Of a DNA stretch of 42,122 bases, positions 1 to 7,744 are shown one piece after another. The notes beneath the pieces were generated by a model that saw only the letters and a list, made by a program, of their open reading frames with translations, was not told the DNA's origin and searched no databases. Source of the stretch: an uncultured Blastocatellaceae bacterium (GTDB taxonomy: Bacteria > Acidobacteriota > Blastocatellia > Pyrinomonadales > Pyrinomonadaceae); contig CAZEZJ010000001.1 of the NCBI GenBank assembly GCA_964516695.1, positions 7,241 to 49,362 on the forward strand. Direction: 5' to 3'. The translations under genes and the position numbers were made by a program. How positions within the stretch are numbered: position 1 is the first letter of the stretch; each line of letters opens with the position of its first letter.

Positions 1-1416
1 TGTTTTAGTCCGAGCCATGAAGGTGTGGCTCTCTTCGACGAAGGCGTACAGCGGCCCACGACGACCGCCGGACACACGGGCAGCAACGCCATCGAATTCT
101 CTCAATCGGCGGATACGCTCTACGGTTATAACAACGAGTCAACCGAATTTGGCTTCCGTAAGATGAATGTGAGCGCCGCCGGTGTAGCGGTGACGAGCGT
201 GACGCAGAACTCCATCTATGGCTTCGGCGTGGACATCAAGGCCGACAACGGCCTGATTTACTCAAACACAGGTCTCGTCATTGACCCGCAGACGGGCGCA
301 CGCGTCGGCACGTTTAGCGGCCCCGGTTTCGGTTCTCTGGTCGCGCCGGATTCAGCGACGGGCCGCGTCTATTTCCTCACTCCCCAATCTTCGACTATGC
401 TTTTGCGCGCCTACGATATGCGTACCTATCTGCCCATTGATGCCGTTCGCATCACAGGCGTGAGCGGCACGCCGACCGGCCTCATTCGCTGGGGCGCGGT
501 CGGGCTGGCCTTCCGCACAGACACGGGCCGCGTCTATCTGGTTCGCACGCATCTCGTGCCCGCCGCCAATCAGCCGAGCGATTTTGACGGCGACGGCAAG
601 GCGGACGAAGCAATCTGGCGTCCCAGCGACGGCAACTGGCACATTCGTCAAAGCTCGGATAATTCTTCCAGAGTTCAGTACGACTGGGGCAGCGGCGCTC
701 TCGGAGACGTGGCCGTGCCGGGCGACTACGACGGCGACCGCAAGACTGACTTCGCCGTCTGGCGCAAGCCCGAAGGTAATTGGTACATTGTGCGCAGTTC
801 GACCAATACCGTGAGCGTGCAAAATTGGGGCGACAGCAGCGACGTGGCTGTGCCGGGCGATTATGACGGCGACCGCAAAGGTGATTTGGCCGTCTGGCGG
901 CCCTCGGACGGCAACTGGTATGTCCTGCAAAGCCTGACGAACACGGTCAGGATATACAACTGGGGAACTCTCGGAGACACGCCTGTGCCCGGAGACTACG
1001 ACCGCGACGGGCGCACGGATGCCGCCGTCTTCCGTTCAGGCGAGGGCAATTGGTACATCCTTCAGAGCGCGACTAACACGGCGCGGCTGGTCAGTTGGGG
1101 CGGCGGCGGAGACAAGCCTGTCGCAGCCGATTATGACGGCGATGGCCGGACGGACGTGGCCGTCTTCCGCGAAGCTGAAGGCAGTTGGTACATCCGCCGT
1201 AGTTCCAACAACACCGTCAGGGTGAAAAGCTGGGGCCTCGCCGGTGATGCGGCTGTTCCGGCGGACTACGACGGCGACGGGCAAGCTGACCTCGCCGTCT
1301 GGCGTCCCTCGGACGGCAATTGGTACATCCTCCAAAGCATTACCAACACCGTGCGCGTTCACGGCCTCGGCCTCTCCGGCGATGTCTGTGTTCCGTCCGC
1401 TTACCTGCCGCAGTAA
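1..1416 (+). CDS. FG-GAP/VCBS-like repeat protein, C-terminal part (5' end outside window)
   Basis: Frame 1 is open from nt 1, so the gene starts upstream. nt 580-1413 encode six tandem ~45-47 aa repeats D[YF]DGD[GR]xxDxAVWRPSxGNWYI...WG..GD.PVPG, which is the Ca-binding DxDGDG propeller-blade signature. The protein ends ...PSAYLPQ. Confidence 0.8.
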   Translation, partial: CFSPSHEGVALFDEGVQRPTTTAGHTGSNAIEFSQSADTLYGYNNESTEFGFRKMNVSAAGVAVTSVTQNSIYGFGVDIKADNGLIYSNTGLVIDPQTGARVGTFSGPGFGSLVAPDSATGRVYFLTPQSSTMLLRAYDMRTYLPIDAVRITGVSGTPTGLIRWGAVGLAFRTDTGRVYLVRTHLVPAANQPSDFDGDGKADEAIWRPSDGNWHIRQSSDNSSRVQYDWGSGALGDVAVPGDYDGDRKTDFAVWRKPEGNWYIVRSSTNTVSVQNWGDSSDVAVPGDYDGDRKGDLAVWRPSDGNWYVLQSLTNTVRIYNWGTLGDTPVPGDYDRDGRTDAAVFRSGEGNWYILQSATNTARLVSWGGGGDKPVAADYDGDGRTDVAVFREAEGSWYIRRSSNNTVRVKSWGLAGDAAVPADYDGDGQADLAVWRPSDGNWYILQSITNTVRVHGLGLSGDVCVPSAYLPQ

Positions 1417-1448
1417 GCGCGCGACAAAACGGAAGCGCGAAAGTTTTG

Positions 1449-1503
1449 GCAGATGAAGATAGCCGTCGCAGACACTATGACTGCGACGGCTATCTTCATC
1501 TGC
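1449..1503. terminator. Perfect 23-bp inverted repeat between convergent genes (putative bidirectional terminator)
   Basis: GCAGATGAAGATAGCCGTCGCAG (1449-1471), 9-nt loop, CTGCGACGGCTATCTTCATCTGC (1481-1503), followed by TTTA. It lies between the stop at 1416 (+) and the stop at 1525 (-). Confidence 0.6.
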
Positions 1504-1524
1504 TTTAACGCCGTGAGTTGCCAG

Positions 1525-3540
1525 CTAGCCTTTCGGAATTTCGATGCCGATGGCTTGGAGAAATCCGGTGGGCTTATCGCCGCCGATGAGCGCGAAGATA
1601 TAATCGTTTGGCAGCTTTATCTTCTCTTCTCTCGTGCGCGCGTCCATCAGCGCGACTTCGCCGTCCGCGATTGATTTGATGGCTTCGCCCAGACGCAACT
1701 TGATTTTGCCTTCGTCGATACACTGGTAGACCTGTAGCTTGTTGCCAAACTTCAAATCGTTCTTAAAGTCGCTGCGCACGACGAGCGTGACGTCGTTAAT
1801 CTCCGGCGGTGGACGAAAAACAATCTGCTCGCCGTCGCGCCGCGCGACCAAATCCACGGCGGCCTCAACGGCTGAGTTGCCGCCGCCGACGATGATGACG
1901 CGGCGACGTTTGAAGTCGTCAGGGTTGGAAAGCTTGTACATCACCTTGCTGCCCGTTTGCCCGTCGCGCGTAATCTGCATGTCTTCATTTTTGACGCCGA
2001 GCCGCATCGGCGTGCCGCGATTGCCGATAGCCAGCACGACGCGCCGCGCGCGATACGTCGCCTTCACCTTCTGCGGGCCTTTCTCCGTCTCAATCAAAAA
2101 ATAATCGCCGTCCTCGGCCTTCAAGACCTTCTGGCAACTCTCGCCTTCGTTGATGTGAACGTCGCCCGCCCTCATGTTGTTGAGCCACGTTTCCAGCATC
2201 TCCTCGCGTTGCTCTCCGGCGATTTTCTTGCGCATCTCGCCCATAATCTTTTCGCGCAAACCCTTGACCAACTGCGCGCGCGCGCTCTCATTGAGATTGC
2301 CGCGTAAGGGGGAAACGACCTGTTCCATCGTCTCGACGACCATCAGCTTGCGCTGCTCTATCGGCATCTCTAAAGACTGCGTTCCCGCTTTATCTTGCAA
2401 AGCCTCCGCCACGGGCAGAGCGCGTTTACCGTGTCCAGAGTCCGTCATCTGCCCGGAGAGTTCGTCCACGATGATTTCGCAGATGGCTGTCAACATCAGG
2501 TCGCGCTGTTCGGAAGCGAGTTTGTCCGCTTTCTTAAAAAGCGATTCGATAATCCGGCGCACGAGCGCGATGTCGCGCACCAGCGCATCCGAATCCGCCG
2601 CGCTTTGTTCGCTGAGGAGTTTGGCGAGCGCTTCTTCGACAAGCTGCTCGCGATGGTCGTATAGCCCTGGAACTTCTATTGCGCCGCGCCATTCCATCGT
2701 CTCCGGCTTGAGAAAAACGTACTTGCCCTTCGGATACGCATCAATCGTCGCCAGCACTTTGTCCTGCTCGATGGCGACGAACTTGAGATTGCATTTGCGC
2801 GCCATCAAAGCCGCTGACAATCCTGCGACGCCAATGCCGATGACGGCCACATCAAGCTCCGCCTTCGGCTCCGGCGCGACACCGTTATTCAGTTCTTGCG
2901 CGATGTGCTTGATGACATCCGCGCCTTCGTTAGCGGCGTTTTTGATGAGCGGCGTGCCCGACACATCGCCGATGATGTAGCAGCCCGCAACGTTCGTCAT
3001 AAACTTTTCGTTGCGCACGGGAACGGGACGCGGGCGTATCTTCTTGGTCGTGTTGACGACGATACACGCCTTCGGATTAACGGGACATTCAAGCTGGCAG
3101 GCCGTGTCTTCCAAACACTGGTCGGGAGCAACAGGCGTGGCGATGTTGTCCTTCATCGCCAACACGTCGTGCGGGCACGCATCAACGCAGGCATGACAGC
3201 CGATGCAGCGGTTCGGAAAAATAACGGGGTGCGGATAGTCCGGCCCATTCGGGTCTAAGAGTGCGAGTTCTTCAGGTGTAATCGGAATGGTCAGGTCAAC
3301 ATCGTCGTCAACAACTTTCGGCGGCGCGGCTGGCTTGGTCAACAAATAACGGGCCAGAGCCGCATCGCTCAAAGCGAAGCCGACGGCGACGATGATGAGA
3401 AATACACTGATGCCCGCCCACCCGTACCACGGCAGGCCGCCGAAGTAGCTCTTCAAAAACTCGCCCTCGCCGGACCACTGGTTAATCGCCAGCAGCAACA
3501 TCAGAAGCGCGAGAATAAGCAGCAATTGCGACTTCTTCAT
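1525..3540 (-). CDS. Membrane-anchored 4Fe-4S ferredoxin / FAD- and NAD(P)H-binding pyridine nucleotide-disulfide-type oxidoreductase
   Basis: Two N-terminal hydrophobic helices. CIGCHACVDACP (canonical CX2CX2CX3CP) plus an atypical CLEDTACQLECP. GxGxxG (VIGIGVAG) and GxGxxA (VGGGNSAVEAA) dinucleotide folds. An AGCYIIGDV flavin motif and a long charged helical insert are also present. Confidence 0.8.
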   Translation of the reverse strand: MKKSQLLLILALLMLLLAINQWSGEGEFLKSYFGGLPWYGWAGISVFLIIVAVGFALSDAALARYLLTKPAAPPKVVDDDVDLTIPITPEELALLDPNGPDYPHPVIFPNRCIGCHACVDACPHDVLAMKDNIATPVAPDQCLEDTACQLECPVNPKACIVVNTTKKIRPRPVPVRNEKFMTNVAGCYIIGDVSGTPLIKNAANEGADVIKHIAQELNNGVAPEPKAELDVAVIGIGVAGLSAALMARKCNLKFVAIEQDKVLATIDAYPKGKYVFLKPETMEWRGAIEVPGLYDHREQLVEEALAKLLSEQSAADSDALVRDIALVRRIIESLFKKADKLASEQRDLMLTAICEIIVDELSGQMTDSGHGKRALPVAEALQDKAGTQSLEMPIEQRKLMVVETMEQVVSPLRGNLNESARAQLVKGLREKIMGEMRKKIAGEQREEMLETWLNNMRAGDVHINEGESCQKVLKAEDGDYFLIETEKGPQKVKATYRARRVVLAIGNRGTPMRLGVKNEDMQITRDGQTGSKVMYKLSNPDDFKRRRVIIVGGGNSAVEAAVDLVARRDGEQIVFRPPPEINDVTLVVRSDFKNDLKFGNKLQVYQCIDEGKIKLRLGEAIKSIADGEVALMDARTREEKIKLPNDYIFALIGGDKPTGFLQAIGIEIPKG

Positions 3541-3548
3541 AACTCTTC

Positions 3549-3617
3549 AGGTTTCAAGGTTTCGAGTTTCAGGTTTCAAGTTCTGCTCCGTAACTTGAAA
3601 CCTGACACTTGAAACCT
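3549..3617 (-). repeat. Nested palindrome of GGTTTCAAG-type units in an intra-operon spacer
   Basis: Core perfect 12-bp stem AGGTTTCAAGTT (3571-3582) / AACTTGAAACCT (3592-3603) with a 9-nt loop. Extra copies of AGGTTTCAAG lie 5' and of CTTGAAACCT lie 3'. It fills the 80-nt gap between the cytochrome gene stop and the flavoprotein gene start. Confidence 0.7.
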
Positions 3618-3620
3618 AAT

Positions 3621-5120
3621 TTATTGCGCGATGAGCGCAGGCTCCGTGGTCTTCAAATCCTTGATGATGGGCAAGCCCGCGGGCGCGCCAAAGAGCTTGG
3701 GCGTCCAGTGTATGTCTTTGATGTGTTGGACGTGGCAAGAGGTGCAGCTTGGCCCGCTGGCCGAAGGCATTTTAGCATCGGCGCGCTCGAAGAAAAGATT
3801 TGTATGACACTTCGAGCAGGTCGTGCGCGGGCTTTCGCGGTCGAGGCGTGCGCCGATGTAGCCCGTGCGGTGGCAACTGCTGCAAGACATCACACGGTTT
3901 GTGTTGTCAACGTCTTCAATGCCGTGGACGTTGAAGGGCACGCGCACGCGGTACATATGAATGCCGTGAAACTGCACGTTGCGCCAGTTGCGTTGATTGT
4001 CCGGCGTGACGCGATTCTTCCTTAACAGTTCGACGACTTCGGGCCTCACGGCCAGTTCTTCCGCGTCCAGTCCCTTCCAAACCCACTCGCCGTTTTTCAC
4101 CGGATAGCCGAAGGTGCCGCCGTGCGGAGTATGCACGCTCTTGCCGTTGTAGAGTTTCTTGTTGTTGTCGTTGTGGCAGCGGGCGCAGGCATCGAGCGCG
4201 TAGTTCATCGGGCTGAAATTCTCGCCGCGATGCTCCGTGTGGCAACTCATGCAGCCGATTCCGGCGTCGCGATGAGGCTTGATGACCGTGGCCGTGAAAC
4301 CGTCGGTCGTATGACAAGAGGTGCAGTTGGCCTCGATGCTGTTCGCCATCGTGTGGCAGTTTGTGCATGAGCCGGCGTTCGGTTTAGTGGCAATCGCGGG
4401 GATGAGCGAAAAGGAGGTCGCGTTGTGCGGGTTCGAAATGGGCTGCGGCGCAAACGCGTTGGCGTGAGCGTACCAGGCCAGAACTGACAGCCCGCCGATG
4501 ACGAGAGCGCCCCAGACGAAAATCGAGAAGGTCCACGGGCGAACCAAATCGCGCGTCGGCGTCCAGTTAAAACGCGACTTGCCGACGTGCGGCGGGCGGC
4601 GCGGGTGCAAGGGGCTGGGGCGTCCGGCCTTCTCGCGCGTGCGCTTGCCCCAGAAGACCTTGAGCGCGTCGGCCACTTCCGACGACGCGCGCTTGGCCGC
4701 GGCGCGCTGCTGCATCGCCCGCATCTCGCTCGACTTTGCGCCGCTCGTCCGCGCTTCAACCTCTCCGACGTTCATCGCAAACTGGTGCGAGACTCTGATA
4801 TGCAAATCGTTGTGGCGATAGTCGAAGTAAAGAGAAAAGGGACCGATTTGCAGAACGTCGCCGTCAGCGAGCGCTTCCGCTTCGTCAGCTTCGATGAGCC
4901 GCCCGTTGAGCGTCGTCGAGCTTGAGCGGCTAAGATTGATGAGAAAGAAGCGTCCGGCGATGAAGTTGATTCCGGCATGGAGGCGCGAAACCGAAGGATG
5001 ATTAAGAGAGACTTCGCACTCCGGCAGACGGCCCACGCGCAAGCCCTCTGTGACCAGCGTGGTCGAGTCTTGCGCACGGTCCTCGCGCGTGATGACGATG
5101 GTGCCTCTCTGTACGTCCAT
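3621..5120 (-). CDS. FHA domain - single TM - heptaheme c-type cytochrome fusion protein
   Basis: N-terminal FHA signature (GR...VSRLHA...LSRSSSTTLNG). Hydrophobic helix WTFSIFVWGALVIGGLSVLAWYA at aa ~196-218. Seven CXXCH motifs: CTNCH, CTSCH, CMSCH, CARCH, CSSCH, CSKCH, CTSCH (aa 252-463, nt ~3711-4373). Confidence 0.85.
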   Translation of the reverse strand: MDVQRGTIVITREDRAQDSTTLVTEGLRVGRLPECEVSLNHPSVSRLHAGINFIAGRFFLINLSRSSSTTLNGRLIEADEAEALADGDVLQIGPFSLYFDYRHNDLHIRVSHQFAMNVGEVEARTSGAKSSEMRAMQQRAAAKRASSEVADALKVFWGKRTREKAGRPSPLHPRRPPHVGKSRFNWTPTRDLVRPWTFSIFVWGALVIGGLSVLAWYAHANAFAPQPISNPHNATSFSLIPAIATKPNAGSCTNCHTMANSIEANCTSCHTTDGFTATVIKPHRDAGIGCMSCHTEHRGENFSPMNYALDACARCHNDNNKKLYNGKSVHTPHGGTFGYPVKNGEWVWKGLDAEELAVRPEVVELLRKNRVTPDNQRNWRNVQFHGIHMYRVRVPFNVHGIEDVDNTNRVMSCSSCHRTGYIGARLDRESPRTTCSKCHTNLFFERADAKMPSASGPSCTSCHVQHIKDIHWTPKLFGAPAGLPIIKDLKTTEPALIAQ

Positions 5121-5130
5121 AACTTTTTGC

Positions 5131-5251
5131 GAGTGATAGGTGATGGGTAATAGGTGATAAGTAAAAGAAAGATGTTTTCTCCTATCAACTATTACCTATC
5201 ACCCATCACTCTTTTACTTATCATCTATCACTCATCGCTTTTCACTACTTG
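5131..5251. repeat. Heptamer-built imperfect palindrome (GTGATRR family), copy 1
   Basis: 5133-5167 = GTGATAG GTGATGG GTAATAG GTGATAA GTAAAAG. 5182-5251 = CTATCAA CTATTAC CTATCAC CCATCAC TCTTTTA CTTATCA TCTATCA CTCATCG CTTTTCA CTACTTG. The arms are complementary and fill the spacer between two same-strand genes. Confidence 0.8.
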
Positions 5252-7744
5252 CTAATGCGCCCTGAAGTAGACGACCTGAAAAATGTGCACGAGCATGAGC
5301 GCCAGCATTAAAGAGGTGGAGACGACGTGCGGCGCGAGCCAGAGCTTGAGCAGTTGGTGCAGGTAGATGAGCGCATCAACGCGCCGCAGCGTGGCGGTCG
5401 TCTCGATGGCTTCGATTAAGAGACGCCGCGCCGCGGGGTCTAGCAAGTCTCCCGCCGCACGCTCAAACGTGGTGCGGGCCTCGGCCCACAGCGCCGTCAA
5501 TTCCTCGCGCCGGATATACTGCCGCAGCAAATATCTGAACGAGAGAAAACGCTTGCGCACCTTGCGCGTGATGAGCTTGCGCAATTTGGTTTGGTCCGGC
5601 TCGGCAATGGTCGCAATCTCGTCGCTAATCTGCGAGAGCGTTTCGCGCAATTCCGCGCGCCGCTCTCTTAAGTCTTCGATGAGCAGCGGGTCGCCTTCGA
5701 TGCTGGTCATAATGCGCGGCACGACGACGTAACAAATGATGCCGAAGAGTCCGGTGACGATGACGAGGTCGAACGTGACCATCAGGAGCGAAGTCAGCAG
5801 CCCGCCGGAGGAGCGCCCGCCGTGCAGGAGCAAGACGATGCCGGCGATTAATCCCAGATAGACGTGCGACAGCATCCAGTAGCGCAAGGGGCCTGCGCGG
5901 CGGCGGTAAATCTGCTTGCGCGCCGGATAGACCATCACCCACGCGATGCCGAAGAGTCCAACGAAGCCCGTCAACCAGCGCACGGTCAGCCAACTGCTGC
6001 CGCCTAGAAGCGCGTCCATCGTGTACTTACGCGCGGCCCAGAAAGTTAAAACAGTCAGGGCAACGGTCGCCAAGATTCCGCCGATGTGCCACATCAAAGC
6101 AACGGGGTCGCGCTTGTGTATGTTGCGCCCGATGGCGTGCGTCTGGTCGCGGAAGATGAGACCGATAGCGTTTTTCGCCTCGCTGAAATATTCACGTGGG
6201 TTCACGCGCACGAGCGCGCCCGTCGGGCAATTCTCCTCGCAGGAGTAAGCATGACGGCGCGTGCCCACGGGATTGAGCGGCGTGTTGTTGCAGAGATTGC
6301 ATTTGACGGCGAGCAGGTTTTCCGTCTCCGTCACAGGCAGAGGCTTTCGCGGCTCTGCGAGCGTCACCCAGTCAACGAGACGTGCGGGCAGACTGATGTG
6401 CGGTAGAGAGGCTTTGCGCGGAATCATCGAAATCGCGTTGTAGGGACATTGCGTGGCGCAATCGCCGCAGCCGATGCAGGTCTTCGGGTTAATGTCTATC
6501 TGCCCGCCGGCGAAGCGTCCGATGGCTCCGGTCGGGCAGCCCGTCAGGCATTCAGGGTCTTGGCAGTGTAGGCAGACGGCGGGCATCAAGACATGCTGAA
6601 TGGAAGCGCGTTGCGGCTCGACGGGGCGCGAGATGTGTATGCCGCGCCTGAGCAGCCTCGACTGGCCGTGAATCTTATGACAGGCCAGCGAGCAATTGCC
6701 GCAACGGACGCACAAGTCCATGTCCATCACGAGCAGATTCATGCCGTCAACGACGCCCGTGGAAATCTCCTTTCCGGCGGCCATCACCACGCGCTTGTCG
6801 GCGGCGGGCTGCGGCGCGGCGGCGTCAGCCAAACCGGAGAAGGCGGCAAACTCCGCGAGCACGGCGGCGCGCAAATCAGGATTGGCTTGCAAGTAAGAGA
6901 CGGAAATCTCCAACACTTCGGTGCGCGCCATGACGGTCGCCGTGTAGAGCCAATCTTGCTGTTCGCGCAGGGCTTCGAGGCCGAGGCAATTGCCAGCGCC
7001 GAGAAAGTCAACGCCCATCTGCTCGCTCACACCCAAGACCATCTCCGACAGTTCAGGGTTGAAGGCCACGCCGCGCGTGCGCCTGACCCAACCGTTTTTG
7101 ATGAAGACGACGCGATTGATGGGGTCTTTCTCTTGAAAGAGCACGTGGTTTTTTCCGTAGACGGTAAAGCGCGCGGCGTTGCCAAGTTTCTTCAGCAGTT
7201 CAGGACTGAAGGCGTTGCCCGCCGCTTGTCTGACATCTTCGAGCGTGCGTTTTAATCCGTGGTCGCGGTAGGTCACGTCGAGCATGTGGCCGAACTTCGG
7301 AAGCTTGCGCAGCAGTCGAAACGCGGGCCGCTGGATTTCGAGCACCTTGGCCTCTGCTTCCGGCGAAGCAATGACGGATGCGTTGCGCGGCAAGCCCGCC
7401 AGCACGGCCATCTCGCCAAAACTCTTGCCTTGCGGAATCTCCGCGACCTTCGCGCTCTTGCCGCTCTCATCCTGAACGAAAACGTCCACCTTGCCTTCGA
7501 CCAGAATATAGAAGGCGTTGCCGCCCCAGTCGCCCTGATTGATGATTTTCTCGCCCGGCTCGTAAATCCAGTAAGTCGCATAGGGGCCGACCTTCTTGCC
7601 CGCGTAGTTGCGCCCGTAGACGATGACTTCCAAATCAAGCTCATACTTGAAATGGCCGTCTTGACGGTCAACCAATTCGGCAATCAGGTCAACGCTCTTG
7701 ATGGCTTCGAGGATGCTTGTGTGATTGGTGATTTCGCGAGGCAT
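5252..7744 (-). CDS. Tandem cyclic-nucleotide-binding domains + four-cluster ferredoxin (DmsB/NrfC-like Cys pattern) + 5-TM domain with two HX13H helices
   Basis: The first CAP-type domain has the cassette FGEMAVLAGLPRNASV; the second is degenerate (GLEAL...LYTATV). Cys groups: CVRCGNCSLAC, CLHCQDPECLTGCP, CIGCGDCATQCP, CNLC...CEENCP. C-terminal TM helices include SHVYLGLIAGIVLLLHG and PHVVSTSLMLALMLVHI. No signal peptide is present. Confidence 0.85.
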   Translation of the reverse strand: MPREITNHTSILEAIKSVDLIAELVDRQDGHFKYELDLEVIVYGRNYAGKKVGPYATYWIYEPGEKIINQGDWGGNAFYILVEGKVDVFVQDESGKSAKVAEIPQGKSFGEMAVLAGLPRNASVIASPEAEAKVLEIQRPAFRLLRKLPKFGHMLDVTYRDHGLKRTLEDVRQAAGNAFSPELLKKLGNAARFTVYGKNHVLFQEKDPINRVVFIKNGWVRRTRGVAFNPELSEMVLGVSEQMGVDFLGAGNCLGLEALREQQDWLYTATVMARTEVLEISVSYLQANPDLRAAVLAEFAAFSGLADAAAPQPAADKRVVMAAGKEISTGVVDGMNLLVMDMDLCVRCGNCSLACHKIHGQSRLLRRGIHISRPVEPQRASIQHVLMPAVCLHCQDPECLTGCPTGAIGRFAGGQIDINPKTCIGCGDCATQCPYNAISMIPRKASLPHISLPARLVDWVTLAEPRKPLPVTETENLLAVKCNLCNNTPLNPVGTRRHAYSCEENCPTGALVRVNPREYFSEAKNAIGLIFRDQTHAIGRNIHKRDPVALMWHIGGILATVALTVLTFWAARKYTMDALLGGSSWLTVRWLTGFVGLFGIAWVMVYPARKQIYRRRAGPLRYWMLSHVYLGLIAGIVLLLHGGRSSGGLLTSLLMVTFDLVIVTGLFGIICYVVVPRIMTSIEGDPLLIEDLRERRAELRETLSQISDEIATIAEPDQTKLRKLITRKVRKRFLSFRYLLRQYIRREELTALWAEARTTFERAAGDLLDPAARRLLIEAIETTATLRRVDALIYLHQLLKLWLAPHVVSTSLMLALMLVHIFQVVYFRAH

